From positions 5,214,508 through 5,278,507 of the forward strand of contig MU058584.1 of assembly GCA_013265495.1 (NCBI GenBank): a stretch of DNA of 64,000 bases, written 5' to 3'. This document shows positions 1-14,514 of this stretch, one piece after another. Both the position numbers and the translations under genes were made by a program. The notes beneath the pieces are model-generated. The model was given only the letters and a program-made list of their open reading frames with translations. It searched no databases and was not told the origin of the DNA. The DNA comes from Vicugna vicugna (Eukaryota). Position 1 is the first letter of the stretch. Each line of letters starts with the position of its first letter.

Positions 1-160
1 ATTGCTCTAATACGAAACTCCCTAAAATTTAGTGACTTGAAACAACAATTTACTATTATCTTTCTCTAAGTTGACTGGCTCAGTTGGGTGGCTCTTGCTC
101 AGGGTCTTCCATGCAGATGCTACCAGGTGGTAGCTGGGGTTGGGGTCATATGAAGTCTCT
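1..160 (-). mobile_element. MLT1-type (ERVL-MaLR) LTR fragment
   Basis: 'cctaaaatttagtgacttgaaacaacaattt...ctggctcagttgggtggctcttgctcagggtc' resembles remembered MLT1 LTR consensus; truncated by window edge. Confidence 0.65.
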
Positions 161-3100
161 CCTATCACAGATAGGAGAGCATGGAGCAGAGATGGAAAAG
201 ACAGAGGGCTCTGCCTAATAAAAGGGAAAAAAAGCCTCCCTCTCTGCTGTGAAATGCCCCACAATCTGGCCAGTGTTTATTCACCCTTCATGCTTCATTT
301 CATCTCTTACTTTCTACACTTCCATTCAGCTCTTCTGTGTTAATAGGGTGGGGGTCTGAAAAATGGAGAAACAGGGTATATACAGAGAGAGGGGTACATG
401 TAATGAACAGTGGAAAACCCCTCCATTATCTCAAACTTTCACTGAAGTTCACTATACGAACAAATGTCTCATGTGCGTGAAGTTTTCAGAGGCAAAAGGG
501 GTTGTGTCTCACAGCTTGGCCAACGTGATGCCGGAGCATCAAATATGGAACAGCAAGATGCAGCCAGATGAGGAGAAATGGTAAGTATTCTCTGAACCTT
601 CCCCCTACTCCCTCTTCCTCCTTCCCAAAACAATTATTTTGGAAGGACTGGGAGGGACTGAAGGCTATCATTGCTTATAAATTATGACTGCAACCAAACT
701 CATTGAATCTTAGTGGACAGGATGACTCAGCTGACATGTGACCTACATGATTATTTATTTAGGTCTAGCTCTCTTAGACTTTGCATTCCTTGAAGGCAGA
801 GATGTGGAGATGATTTATCTTGAATTCCCCATGTCTTGCTTGCTACAATGTATACACACGCCATGCTAAGTGCTGTTGGGGTTCAAGGAATGAGGGAAGG
901 AGGGGAGAACTTCATGATTCTTGGAATAACTAAAGGACTGTGGATCCAAAGACCAATTCTCAAGCTCTAAAATACTGCTTTAGCATCTTCTATGATGAAA
1001 ACAGCTGTGAGAAAAGTTTCCCTAAGTTACTGATGACAAATCTTGATTTTTAAATATACTAACACGAAAAAGGAAAGTTTGGAGTTCTCCTTAGCTAGTC
1101 AAACTTGAAGGACATAGATTATGAATGATTATTAACTGGCCTAGAGTTAGAAGAAACCTGCTATGACAAAAAAATGTTAATATTAACAAACTAAACCCCA
1201 TACTGTCTACAATTATTCAGGTATTTACAGCAGTTTCCATGGGGAGATCATTCTCGTGATATTGGAGTAGTTTGGAAAATAGTAGTTTACATGCAAATTA
1301 CTTCACCATTGGTATGTGTGAGCAGGCAGAGGGAAATGCTGATATTGTACGTGGATCTATCCACAGAAAAGCCATTAGAGCTTTATTTTTTGTCATTATG
1401 CTCAGTTGATTAATCACATGACTCCAAAGGGATACCATATACTCAGGAGCATTGTAAAGTGTTCTAGACTTGAACATGGTCCCACACAACTCACTCAATC
1501 AGACAGCCTGTACTTTAAGCTCGAAGGGTTCAAGAAGGAGAACATGTCTTCCTTGTGTTGGATTGATGGAGGCAGCTGATGCCCAAAAATCCAAGACCCA
1601 ATTGCCACATGAAATTTGCATTAATAGCATGAAAAGTCTGTGGAGGCTGTAATGCCAGTGAACTGGCCAAAGGCAAGCACATTCTTATGAAGGTGTCCAA
1701 CTTACCCTCTTCAGAGTGGTCTCTGTAAAATCAACTTGAAAGAAGCAAGTTAGATACTTTCATTGTCAGTGAACGAAATTCATTCACATGAAAAAAAGAA
1801 AACTGAGTGGAATTGTAATTTTTTTTAATCTATCTACTATGACTCATCTACAGAACTCCACATTTCTTTGCAGCCTAGAAATTCAGGGTTTAATTCAGAA
1901 GACCTCTGTATCTGAGTTGCCTTTGCTAACCTGAATTACTCATTTTTCCTCCACTGCAATATATTCTTTACTTCATTCTATCCTGTTAGCCCCCGACTCT
2001 TCTCTACTTACCTAGCCTCTATTCAACCTTCAAAGAAGGTCCAGTCTTCCAGTTACCTCTATGGAATGACCTCTAACCCTCTCCAGCATAACCATTCATA
2101 TCACTCATTAGTCACTGGGCAGAAGGTACCTCATAGAGTAAAGATCTCAGCTTAAACCTAGAAGATGATCACTGCTTTGTGATGCCCAGCTCTACGCCTC
2201 CTGGGACTGTGAGAATATGATTATGGAATGGAAGCAAGAGTCCCAAAGTGTCTGCATCTTCTGTGCTACCAAACCCATTGTGTTTTTTTGGTATGTTTCT
2301 GGAAAATAAAAACTTTATCTGGCAAACTGTCAACCCCTTGTCTGGGGAGGGGATAAATGAGGGTTTCAGCTACCCATCTTTCATCATTTCTAGTTTTTGT
2401 TAAACCCATTGTTATATATAACCAAAATTGAGCTCTTAAAAGGCTAATGTACTTAACATAACTATTCTTAAGGCTGAATTGTTTTACCATTAAGTAGAGT
2501 TATACAAGAAGACTCGTTTTAGACCATAAGATCCTAGAGCTGAATGGGAAGTTAGAGATTTATGATTCCAAATCTTTGCTTTAATATAAGAGGAAACAAA
2601 GGCTCACGAAGAGTTTACAATTTACTCAAAACACCAAAGGGATATGGTGATCAGACAGGACTCAGATGCTGGGTCCTACTTCCAGTCTACCATCCTCCCC
2701 TTTCTGCCTCTTCTCAACTCCTTTGCAAATGTGTTTCCATTCTCCTACTTTAAGAGACGATTGTCTCAGTTGAAAAGCTCTTGAAGTAGCTGATAGGCCA
2801 TTCCTGTTTGCTTTGCCCCACCAGAGGTCCTGACAAAGAGCAAAAAGGAATCCTGGAGGTAATGAGATGATGTAGAGAACGCAGACAGCGCTCTGCAGCT
2901 CGGCACACTCCCCTGCAGGCTCAAAGGACCGAATGTGATCATTCAAAGAGCCTTCACATGTAATAGGCCAAAGAATGATAATTTTCCTTCCTTTCCTCAA
3001 CACCAGAAACTAATTGTGATAATCAAGCGGGAAAACCAGCAGGGCACCAAATGTCTGCAACTGAAAAATAGTAATAGTGGTTAAAATAAAAATTTCTGTT

Positions 3101-3679
3101 TTTAAATAAATGTGCCTGAATACTAATATAAGAATATTGGGAAAAAAATCTAGCTTGGGAACTTATTTATTCTGTTTGGATACTAGTCTTTTGCTTATTA
3201 CACTGTAAATCAAGAATGGGTAAATGTTTCACCATGGACACAGCAGCATATGCTGAATATAGATTTTCCAGTGCTTGAGTTTCCATTAGAGTTTACATTT
3301 CTGGACTTAATGCCTGAGAAGGCAGCTTAACTAATACCTTATATCATTTGTGAGTTCACTTTTTAAAGCTGAGTTTAAAAGAGGGAAAGTAAGATTTAGA
3401 AGCTAGGAGAATACAGAGACTTAAATAGTAAGAAAGCTGTACTCAGTAGCCCCAATTATCCTGATGTATTAAACTGACAATGTTTTCAAATTTCTCACCT
3501 ACCCTCTTCTTCACTCTTCACTGACAGAAAAATAACTTCTATAGGAAAATTTTAAAATATTGGTTCTTCATTTGTACAGTAATTAGCTAGACCGTAAGGA
3601 CAAAACTTATAGTAGACTTAGATTTCCTGGAAGCAAAAGAAAATACTAAATTTTCAAGTATGAAGAAATGGAAATAAGA

Positions 3680-3870
3680 GTAATTCTGAGTGTCTGCTTT
3701 GTGCCAGGTACTCTGCTAGGTAATTCTGAACATATCATTTCTCAGCCATTACTATTGCATAGTAAGTGTGATTAACCCATTTCACGGATGAGGTGCATAC
3801 ATCTTGGTTGACTCACCTAAGATCTCACAGATAGTAATGAATAGAGTCATGAATCTTACCTGCCACTATA
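3680..3870 (-). mobile_element. MIR SINE
   Basis: 'tgtgccaggtactctgctagg...cccatttcacggatgagg...cctaagatctcacagatagtaa' is an antisense MIR core. Confidence 0.7.
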
Positions 3871-3904
3871 GAGCCCTGCCTTCCTTACAAGAGGCAATGA
3901 GAGT

Positions 3905-4065
3905 GCATTTAGATTTAGAGTCAGAAGAAGGGGCTTAGGACTCAGGTCTTTACTTGTAACAGGGTTTAGTCAAGACATACCGCTTTCTGGGGTTTGATTT
4001 CTTCATCTGTAAAATGAGAATGCTAGTTTCTATGTCACAGGATGCTGTGAGGATTAAATGAACTC
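3905..4065 (+). mobile_element. MIR SINE
   Basis: 'tttcttcatctgtaaaatgagaat...tgtgaggattaaatga' MIR core. Confidence 0.75.
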
Positions 4066-4669
4066 CTGTGATCTGTGACAGTGATTTTTAGCTGCCAAAA
4101 GCCGTTGAAGGAGAGGTGTTTGAACGGTGCCGGTGCTCTTCCTCGCTGCGATGAGCCGTGGGCTCCCACCTACCGCTCAGAATTGCCATGAGCAGTCATT
4201 GGACACTGGATGCCAAAGTCAAGGGAGGCGCTCGCAGCAGCATGGAGAGATGAGCTGTCCACTCTCTCAGGAGCACTGCAGAACTCAAGCACCAAACAAA
4301 ACTGCTCTTATAAATTTATTTTTTCCAGGGTAATTAGTGTAGCTTTTCAGACTTTCAGAAGCGCAGAGAATACCTTCAGACTAGTTTAGGAAATGAAGGC
4401 CCTTGAGGATCTAACACTCTTTTAATAGAATATGCCTTATTGGATTTGTGAGGAACCATGGAGAGTCATGTATAGTCAGACTTTCCCTTTGCAGGTGAGG
4501 AAAGTGAGAATTGGAAACACAACTAATCAGTAGCAGAGTTGGAACTAGAATTCAGGTCTCCTGACCCTGAGTTTGCGCTCTTTTTCTACTGATGAACTGT
4601 TCTTCTATCTACATTCAGACTCAGGAATGGCACTGACAGCAAAGTTAATGACAAAGTATTAATTATTAA

Positions 4670-4860
4670 GCCTGCAGGTCCAGCTCTAGATCTTTACACT
4701 TACTCTGTGACCTTGGGAAGGTAGCTTCATATCTGTGTCTCAGTGTCCTCATCTATAAGATAAATTATGATAATAACAATTGCTTAGGTTGTTGTGAGGA
4801 TAACATATGAAAGTTTTTAGCACAAGGTTCTTACTGTGCCAGCAACTGCTCAACTCTTGT
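4670..4860 (+). mobile_element. MIR SINE
   Basis: 'ctgtgaccttgggaag...ctcagtgtcctcatctataa...gttgtgaggataa'. Confidence 0.7.
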
Positions 4861-7159
4861 CAGTTTTTATTTAATTGTCAATACTCCACAGGCCATAAAC
4901 CACAGTAAATATGGCCACCTGTGTGTCCCTTCTCTAGGGGACCCTCCCAGACAAGTAGGGTGCCTATCAGGCTGGGTGTCACTTGGGAAGACCCTGTTGG
5001 TGGTCAGCCTGCTTATTCTGATTTTATCCAGAGTTTGAAGCAATCATAACTTGAGAGGAGGAGGCTAGATTTGGACAGAGGAGATGAAGCACTCATTCTG
5101 AGCCTTTGAGCCTGAGTCCCAGTTTCCTCATCTACAGATGGAGACATTCATATTCAATCTTTTTAACTTTGTGGTACTCAGAGCTGTCAGTTTCAATAAA
5201 AATTGCGTTGTGAACGGCTTATTATGATATACACTTAAAACAAAGGGCAGAAACAAAAGTGGTTTTCTCCTTGCGCTGGTAAGCCACAGTCTCTCACTGG
5301 AGTGGCTGTTTACTTCCTTTCTCACACTCAGCATCTGGGGGATTTGGTGTCAGGAATAATGAGGTAACATTCTATTAATTACGTCTGCTCTCAGGGCCAC
5401 GACCTTGAGCGTGTGCTCACTGCTAACAAAGAAAATGCCGTCCTTTCCTTAGAACATGAGATCCTTTCTAAATAAATTACGAAAGTCTTTTCAATAGCCT
5501 GCTTGTTCTTCTTACCCAGGAGCTTAGATTTGGGATTATCTGAAAGCCACGCTAGCCAGCTACCCACTTTGTGTACTGCCCTAATAATTTACCCTTTGAT
5601 TCCATGTTTGTTTCAAAAGCGTCAGAGCACTAGGCAAATATTACTCATCAAACTGGTTTGATGATGTCCTGCATTTAGTTTTGTTTTGTTTTGTTTCGTT
5701 TTTTTTCTTTTTTGGCCCAGTCACATCTATTCTCAGGGCTATGACCCACATGAGCTGTGAGGACTCTGAGCAGAAGTGCCACATTCCAGCCTTCAGCTGG
5801 AATCCATTTTCAAGGATTTCAGAGCTTTTTTTTCTTGATGCCTACACCATTTAGTATTTTCTCTGCCATTGCCTTCTGTTGTCATGGTTTCCTCATCGTC
5901 GTCCTAGGTTAGGTGCCCATCTACATCTTGAAGTAAGTTGCCCCAGTGCAACTTTAATGTTGGGAGCTTTAATGTTTAAGGATCTGAATTGGAGAGCCCA
6001 TGCGTCTGCATTGGGTAGGTGGGTTGGTGTCTAAGTAGCTGAATACAGTTTTGAGGGGTTCAACCTGAAGAAACCATGGCCAGTGTTAACCTCTCCCTCC
6101 CCTCAAGCATCTTCTGCCAAGCTCACCCTGTCCTCCCAGCTACCATCCTTGAATTTATGCTGGTTGTTGTGGACTCGTGAGTTAAAAGAGCAGCTGCCCT
6201 GTAGGGTACTCTCATCGTCACATTTAAGACTTCCCTACCTTCCCTTTCCTCCCCTCCTCCGCTCAATCTCCCACTTTGCATACCCACAAATCCCAGTAGC
6301 TTCTTCTGGGAAGCAGCTGGGGGAGAAATGAGGCAGCAGAGAGGTGCCAACATGGCCGTCTTCCAATGGCTTCAGCCCCAAAAGGTAACAAGAACCCCAG
6401 CTGGAGACTGACCAGCTATTTATCCACTCCACATACATGGTCCATGTTCTCTGCTGATAATTCTTGCTTCCATTTAACCAAGTGAGAACTGGAGGATCTA
6501 GGAGCTAATGTGATGGACTGACTCCAATAACAGACCACTTTCAGAAGAAACAAAAGCAGATTGACCTGCAGCACTAATCAATGTGCTAATATTTATTCTA
6601 TTAAAACCAAATATTTGCCATTCACAGGTGAGATGCACCTTGCCTCATTTTTCCCCCCTTCCTATTTGCCAATATTTTGCTAACGCAAACTATTCCAAAC
6701 TCAATATATTCTTGCCTACGGTTTTGTTTTCACCAAGGAAAGTATGTTACGACAAAATTTACCTGAAAGAGAATCATAAACACAGAAACATAACACCACT
6801 TAATGGGGCCACCCCCCAAGATTGTCCCCACTGAGGTAAATCTGAGCCTAAGATAGTTCAGACCTCTTCCCTTTTGTGGTTTTATTCACTTTAAAATCAG
6901 TGGCTTCCTGGAATAACAGCAATCATTAAGCAGAGAATTTCCAAGAATTTCCTCTAGACTATATGAAGATAGATGCTAAAGGTCACACTTGAGTGGGGAA
7001 AAGCTTTGCTGATTAATACGGCTAGGTAACTACACTGCCTTAGGCAAAACGTGATGAAATTAGTGCATCTGACCAAAAAGACTCACCACCCCACCCTGTT
7101 CCATACCCTTTGAAAACCAGTAACACTGATAGCAAAGAGGCAGTCGAAAACATGAATTT

Positions 7160-7384
7160 ACAATGGCAGACTCAGAGGTTCAAACACTGGCTCTGTGGCT
7201 TACTATCTGTATGACTTGGAACAAACTATTTAATATCTCTTTGTTACTTTCTTCATCTGTAAACATGAATATTAATGCCTGGTACCTTTCTCTCAGTCCT
7301 GTTTTGCAGATATGACTTTATATATATATACATATAGATACACATATACACGCACATTATCCATACATACATAAACACACATTC

Positions 7385-7415
<31 letters not shown>

Positions 7416-7480
7416 TACACATATATATATATACATACAAATGTAATAGCACTCAATAAATGTTGGATATTGTTATTATT
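7160..7480 (+). mobile_element. MIR SINE interrupted by a (TA)n/(CA)n microsatellite
   Basis: MIR core 'tttcttcatctgtaaacatg' at ~7250; TA/CA repeats at ~7318-7440; MIR-like tail 'gcactcaataaatgttgg'. Confidence 0.7.
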
Positions 7481-7489
7481 GGTAATGCT

Positions 7490-7670
7490 TACTGAGTGCA
7501 TATGATGCCCCAGTGCAGTGCTAAGCATTGTTATTCTTTATAACCATTCTAAGATGTAAGTAGCATTATGAGGCCCTTTTGAAAGATGAAGACACTAGGG
7601 GTCAAGATGACTTGCCTTTGGTCATTCAGTTAATAAGCAACAGAAGTGGCACTGGAGCCCAGGCTTTACT
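7490..7670 (-). mobile_element. MIR SINE
   Basis: 'aaagatgaagacactaggggtcaagatgacttgcctttggtcattcagttaataag'. Confidence 0.65.
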
Positions 7671-10069
7671 AGATTCCACTGATCGTCCACCCTGTCGGAT
7701 GCTAGAAGGACTCACTGTCCAGGCTGCCAGTTGTAAGCAGCCAGCCATTTTTTCCCATATTGTTGCGTCATCAAAATATACCTGCAGACGTCTATACGTC
7801 AAAACATCTAAAATATTTAATTGTGTCTACTTCCAACTCATTCAGTTACTCATTCAAAAGTTTTCTTCACTGAGAACTTTCTGCTCTGTGCTAGGCTCTG
7901 TGTGAGTTCTGTAGGGTTCAGAGACATTAAGTAAGTCTTTGCTCTTAGGAGTACTCCAATTTGAAACAGAGTACAGAAGTATTGAAACCCATTCCAGGTG
8001 GTTACCTGCTACCCAGGGCTGTGCCCTCAGGTAAAAGAAGATTTCTTAGGTGCCTGAACCAGTGCTCAGTCCTTGCCTAAGCCCCTCAAGGTGGGCTGTT
8101 TCCTGTTTCAGCTGCTCTTCCTCACCTGGCAATTACCCCGAACACCAAAAGCAATTCCCACCACGTAGTGATCCCCATACTAGGACTTGAATTCCCTTCA
8201 CTTCACTAGAGCTATTCCCCAAGGCAAATCTTCTTTCTCCCCATAGGAATCCAACATTTTCCTTCATTTCTTCCATTTTTTCATCATATCTTTGTGATCT
8301 AACTTTGCTGAACAAGAAAAGTAGCTTTGCCTATGACTGGGTTTTTGCTCAGATTTAAATAAGAAATCCTAGGTGTTTTATCTTATCATTGACCAAGGGC
8401 TTAAGGATCCTGGGCCCTGACATACCATATAAGGATTTTATGCCTTTGCAGATGATAAAAATATCCATCAGAGATTAAAATGTTAAAAAAAATTAAAGTA
8501 GTGGCACATCTTCATTTACTTTTATATTCTGTAAATAGTTCTTGACCATGGAAAATGAACCAGGCACTTGGCAGAGCAAATGGAATATAATAGGAATTAT
8601 GAAGTGGTGAAATGGTCCTTCCATTTAGGCATAAAATTTGGTGAAGGAGACAGACAGACAGTCAGACAGATAAATTTAAAATGCTAGGAATATTAAACAC
8701 TATAGAGTAGGCTATACATAGATGAAATGATAGAGAGGAGAGAGAGAGAGGGGAGACTATTCAAGACATAGAAGTAGCATGTGCAAAGGCCCTGGGTATG
8801 TGCCTGCAAAGGGCACTACAAAGACTGAAATGAAAGGAAAATAATGTTGTATGGCTAAAATATAAAATAAAACCTGGGATATGGCAAGAGAAGAAACTGG
8901 ATATATAAGTGGGAGGTTTGACATGCTCCAGGCCTCAGTCTTCTCATTTTCAAAATAGGAAAGTTCTGTCTATAGGTGATAGATCCTTTCCAGCTAAAAT
9001 TGAATGACACAGCTTCACCCACTCTCACAAACTAGTGCCTTGAAGATCCTCATCCACACTGCCTATTAGAGCTGCTTTTCATTAATGAATCTGCAAGAAT
9101 AATACTATTTAATTCAGTGGAGGTGTTTTCTGGTTTTTTTGTTTGTTTGTTTTTAGTAAGACTTTCTTTGCAAATAATCTTTTTTTTTCCCAATGAGATG
9201 TATAGCTTTCACATCAAGAAGTGGATTTCGGCTCCTTAAGGAGACGTCCGTCCCAGAAAAGACCAAGATACCCAAAGGGAGGAATTAGTTCCTCCGTAGC
9301 CTGTGGGTAGTTCTGTCATTTGTGGCCAATGAGGGCAGAGAGTAGAATAGTGGACACACCATCAGTGAGGTTTTAGATCAGGCCCATTCATCCAGTGTCA
9401 TCTGTCCAGCAGGGAATCAATAATAGGATCCAGAAAAAGAAGAACTGGGGCTACACTGACCTTCCACATTCACTCCTTAGATAGTTTTCAAGGAATTAAG
9501 TAACTTTGTCCTTTAACTCTTCAGCCATTAATAATAATAATAGTTCACTTTTTAAAACATTTTGTGAATCAGGAAGTGCTTTCATATGCAGGATCTTATT
9601 CATTCTTCAAGACAACCCAATGAACTAAGATTTCAGATCCCTTTTTTTTCACAACAGGAAAACTGGTTCAGAGCAAGTAAGTGACTCACCGTGAGCTGCT
9701 AGCGGGTCAGTGATCTGTTATGAACCAAGGACTCTCCAGACGTGCTCTGTGGCCAAAGAAAATTACGAAGTCTGGTTGGTGTGGTGGTTTTTTGCCAAAA
9801 TTTTAAAATAAAAATGGAAATGTAATAATTCTGGCTCTTCTTTTCCATTTGTTCCTCATCCATTTAATGTGTTATTTAACCAATGACCAGGATCTCAACT
9901 GGCTCTCAACAGCAGAACGTTAATCTTTATACAGAATCCACTTCAATATCTCATTAATCCAGACCTACCACAAAAAAATCATTTGATAAACTATGTCATC
10001 TACCACATTCTTATTTTCCCTTCCATAAGATGGAAATTAACAGGTTAGTCATCATTAACATTTGTGTAT

Positions 10070-10270
10070 TTATTATTTATAAGACACTGTGCTGAGTACA
10101 TTTACTTGGGTCGTCTTGATTTGTACTTAACGTAGCCTTCTGAGGCAGGTACTGATGACTTTTCTAAATAGTGAATATGAAGCTTTGAAAAAATGAAGAC
10201 TTGCCCAAGCTTTCACAGCTAACAAAGAGGTTCAGCCAGAATTCAAACTAAGGCACTCCGGGAGCCAAAC
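10070..10270 (-). mobile_element. MIR SINE
   Basis: 'gacttgcccaagctttcacagctaacaa...ccagaattcaaactaagg'. Confidence 0.65.
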
Positions 10271-11609
10271 AGTGCCTGTGCCCTTCAAGTCCAAAGTCCC
10301 CTCTCCAGGTGGCAGGGTTCCATGAAAAATAAAGACAGCCAGTGCAATCAATGCAATCTCAAGGTTATGTGTGCAATTACTGACTCCGGGCTGCGGGCTG
10401 AGAACATTGTGCACTTTGCACTTCGCTTAGGATGACAACTTCAGAATACTTCGAGGAGATTTAGAGTAGCACCAAAATTGCTTCTGAAGATATGCGCTAT
10501 CATATTCAAAGAAAGACTCACCATTGGGTAGAGAGATAAATCTTGTTACTTAATTAGTGAGAGAGATGGACCAGTAAGTATCCTCCAAGAGTCTCTCAAT
10601 TGGCCAGGCTGGTGATCAAAGCCCTAGAATTGTGAGATTCAGAAGAGCAATTAGTCAGCACAGAAGAAAGAAAGCTAAGTGGTCCATATAGGGATCAAAT
10701 GCCCAAATCTGGCTTTGTAAAGATGCGCCCTTAATTAGGCAGGCAAACTGGCCCAAACTGCATTAACATCAAGTTTCTGTGCAGAAAACGGTTACCCAGC
10801 AACTCTTATAATAGAGAGGAAAGCACTGTTCGTTTGCACAATCTATTGTATCGTTTGCCAAATAACATATATCAAATTGCCCCAGTATTCAAAGAAGGTC
10901 CCCACTGAGTGCTGGCGGCACAGGAGAGAACCTTGAAAGGAGCCCGCCTTGACGCCCTTGATCTCGGCCCCTCCTTCAGCCTCTACGGCCCGGCTGGGGC
11001 ACTGCCAACAGCACTTTGGACCCTGGGCGCTCTGGAAAGGAGAAAGGGCGAGAATTTTGACATGCTTTTAAGGAAATTATTATCCAGCTGGGTAGATTTT
11101 CAGTTCAGTTGAATGTAGGCCCCAGTTTTAGATGACCATCTTCAATGTGCTCTTTTCAAAAACTTAAAGTTTAAAATAAACTTAAAAAAAAATCCCACCA
11201 TCCTTTACACAAATAGCTTATTTCAATTTGGCTATTGTTTGCCTCCACCAAGGGGCACAAAGCAATTACTCAGAGGGACAATTGTGGGGGTTGGAGGGAC
11301 CTGAAGACCTGAGCCATCATGAAAACTTCCACTTCCAAATACGCTCTCTGCTAGAACCTAAGTTATCTTAGGTTAGCTAAGATTGAATCACCAAATCCAA
11401 ATCATGAGCATGCCAGGCCCATGTCATATTGGAGATAAATGCTGACAGTATCAACGACATAATAAGATAAGATCTGATTTGTACTCACATAATTGTTTTT
11501 TAAAGGTACCATAAAGCCACTGAGAAATAAGATGAGATGCACCCATTGGAAAATGGTAAACAGAGCTCTGATGTGATTAAAAAAAAAAATTGTTCTTAGT
11601 GCAAGGTTT

Positions 11610-11775
11610 GCATCCTGAGTTGGAATCCCAGCTGCTAAGATCACCTTGTGCCAAGCCATTACCCGGCTCCCGGCTTGGAGCCTCAGGGCTCCCATCTGTC
11701 AAATCCCATTCATTAAATGGGGCTTTTGTAAGGATGAAATAAGGCAACATAAAAAGTACATAGTAGGGCTCCAGA
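11610..11775 (+). mobile_element. MIR SINE
   Basis: 'ggaatcccagctgctaagatcaccttgtgccaagcc...gagcctcagggctcccatctgtcaaat...aggatgaaataag'. Confidence 0.65.
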
Positions 11776-12440
11776 ACCATCTTTGGAACCTGAATGTGAA
11801 TAATTTCGGTGGCTCAGTTACAGAGGTAAAATGTAGGCAACTAAGTCGTAGAGTTATAATGCCACCTGCAAAAAAATAGCAACTCCTTCATTAGGTAAAA
11901 TTTGATGTCCTACCATTATAAGCATCATAAGGCATTTATTTGGTTAAAGAAGATGAAAAGATCAATTTGTTTCGTAAGATAAGTAAACATTCTGGCAAAC
12001 CCAAACTGTAGCATATACAAGGAAAACGTGTAAGAATGTCAGAATGATTTTACCAAATTATCACAGAAAATCAAAAGACTTCATATAAATGTAGCAACAA
12101 TCTCAAGATGGCTTTCAGGATACCACACGATGCCTTTGGTCAGTACTAAAATCCAGCCGTGCTTTGCTTTATGGGCTTGGGGAAAAAAAAGTGTGTGATG
12201 GGATTATCACAATATCACAAAATACTGATATTTTGTGTCTCACTTGGGGATATTCTTCTTAAAGAAACACTATGTTGAATCTTTTCGTGCAAATGATCAT
12301 CCTTACTTTATCTTCTGTACAAATACAGGGTCTTCCAGTGTCTCATTTGTTCCTGACTATTGATGCCACCCACAGTTACTCAGGAATCCTGAGAGTAGAC
12401 AAGGACTGCAGTACAAGACAGGGCTCTGAATAGCAGCCTT

Positions 12441-12943
12441 TTTATTATTTTTTTTATTGAAGTATAGTTGGTTTACAATGTTGTGTTAATTTCTGGTGTA
12501 CAGCATAATGCTTCAGTTATACACATATGTATATATTCTTTTTCATTATAGGTTATACAAGATACTGAATATAGTTCTCTGTGCTACACAGTAGGATCTT
12601 GTTGTTTATCTGTTTCATATATAGTAGTTAGTATCTGCAAATCCTGAACTCCCAATTTATCTCTCCAGCCCGCCTCCCCCTTCCCGCCTTGGTAACCGTA
12701 AGTCTGTTTTCTATATCTGTGAATCTGTTTCTGTTTTGTAGATAAATTCATGTGGGTCATTTTTTTAGATTCTACATATACATGATCTCATATGGTATTT
12801 TTCTTTCTTTTTCTGGCTTGCTTCACTTAGTATGATGATCTCCAGGTCCCTCCATGTTACTGCAAATGGCATTATTTCATTTACTTTTATGGCTGAGTAG
12901 TATTACATTGTGTATGTGTGTGTGTGTGTGTGTGTATATGTAC

Positions 12944-12982
<39 letters not shown>

Positions 12983-13059
12983 TCACAACTTCTTTATTCA
13001 GTCACCTCTTGATAGACATTTAGGTTGCTTCCATGTCTTGGCTGTTGTAAATAGTGCCA
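12441..13059 (-). mobile_element. 5'-truncated L1 (3' UTR) with target-site duplication
   Basis: T-rich tail followed by 'attgaagtatagttggtttacaatgttgtgttaatttctggtgtacag'; TSD aatagcagcctt (12429-12440) / aatagcaacctt (13060-13071); internal (TG)n at ~12915-12980. Confidence 0.92.
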
Positions 13060-13084
13060 AATAGCAACCTTATGAAGAGTTGGA

Positions 13085-13305
13085 CCATCAGACTCAGACA
13101 GACCTACATTTGAGCCCTGGCTCTAACGCTTCTGAGATGTACCAGCTATGTAAGCTTGGACAAGTTATTTAACCAAAATGAATCTCAGTCTCTTCATCTG
13201 CAAAACAGGGATAACAATATTTCAGACCTAAGAGTTCATAGCTTAGGTGAGAGGATGCCTGTAAAGCACTGAGAAAAATCAACGTCAAGAAATGTTAGCT
13301 ATTGT
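13085..13305 (+). mobile_element. MIR SINE
   Basis: 'gacaagttatttaacc...ctcagtctcttcatctgcaaaacagggataacaata'. Confidence 0.75.
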
Positions 13306-14514
13306 CATCTTCCCCATCCTGGCCAATGCAGAGACCAGGAGGGTGCTGCCTACCTTAGAGCCTGGTCTGTATGAGCCTTGTATTTTCTCTTGACAAAAAG
13401 CAAAAAGACAAGTTGAGGGGGAAGGTATAAGAAGAAGAGGAACCTACTCGGGGTGGAAGCATCAGCATTAGCTAAGGGCCAGGGATGTGAGAGGATCCTA
13501 AGATGATTCTCGGTGCTGGAGAACAAAGTGGAAACTGTGTGAGGAAGGGGAGTGCTGGGAGGTGTCTGCAGAGGGCGGGGACCAAGGATGCCTTTTCAAG
13601 TGTCTGAATGTCAGACAGAATTTCTCTCTGCATGCATTTGGCCAGAATATCCCATATGATCAGGAACATGAGAATGTGGACAGGCAGGAGAGGGAGGGAT
13701 GCCCAACAATTATGATTTTAGTAAAGTAACATTCATCCTCAGTTACAAACCAAAGGAGAATTTGCGGCATTTGTTCTTTTCTTTGCCTGATATTAGCTGA
13801 TGTCGGTCTTAAGTCTTAACACTGCCTTAAATGAATACGGTGCCCTCTAATTTTCTAAAATTGCAAGGTAAGTGTTTAAGAAAGACAGATAAAAACAGGG
13901 GTTTAGTTCTCTTTGCTTTTTTTTTTTTCTGAGCTTAACCTTAAGGATGAAAAATAAACCTTCCTTCATGTCTCCACACCCACACACAACCCTGGGTCCC
14001 TACGATTGCCAGGGCTGTGCTCATCGCGCGTTCTCATTACAAGGTGCAGCCCTACATGATACCCTGTGAGCAACTCCACCCTGAGGAGTTGTGTTTCAGA
14101 CTTGGCTGTTGGAGATCCAAGATAAAAGCAACTCCCAGTCCCAAGCAGGATCTCCAGTTACTGGAAATGAGCAAACCTTGTTGAGAGAAGTGGGGAGGAA
14201 GGGGGCGTGTGGCTGCCAATCTGTAAGCAGCTCCCAAGGTCATGGGGTTTCTCATTGCCTCTTTCCTCCTCCTCCTCCTCCTCCTTCATCTCCTGTCTCT
14301 ACTCCTCCACCATCTCAAGCTCCTATTCCATCACGTGGTTAAAGGAACAACTATGACACAGGAACCATCAAATCTTCGTGGAATTAGTTTGGGGAAAAAA
14401 ATTACATATTGTCAGTTCTTGTGAAATTTGCTTGAGGACTTTGAAAGATCTGCCAAGTGCTCTCTTCCTATGGCAAATAGGTGGGAGTGTGTGGCAGATC
14501 GGTGTCTAACACAG

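Noticed and set aside
5783..5803. Hairpin attccagc/gctggaat as a structured RNA
   Set aside because: An 8-bp stem is expected by chance in 64 kb and is too short for a pre-miRNA.
14264..14315. Poly-Pro/poly-Leu coding tract
   Set aside because: It is a simple (CCT)n repeat with no splice context.
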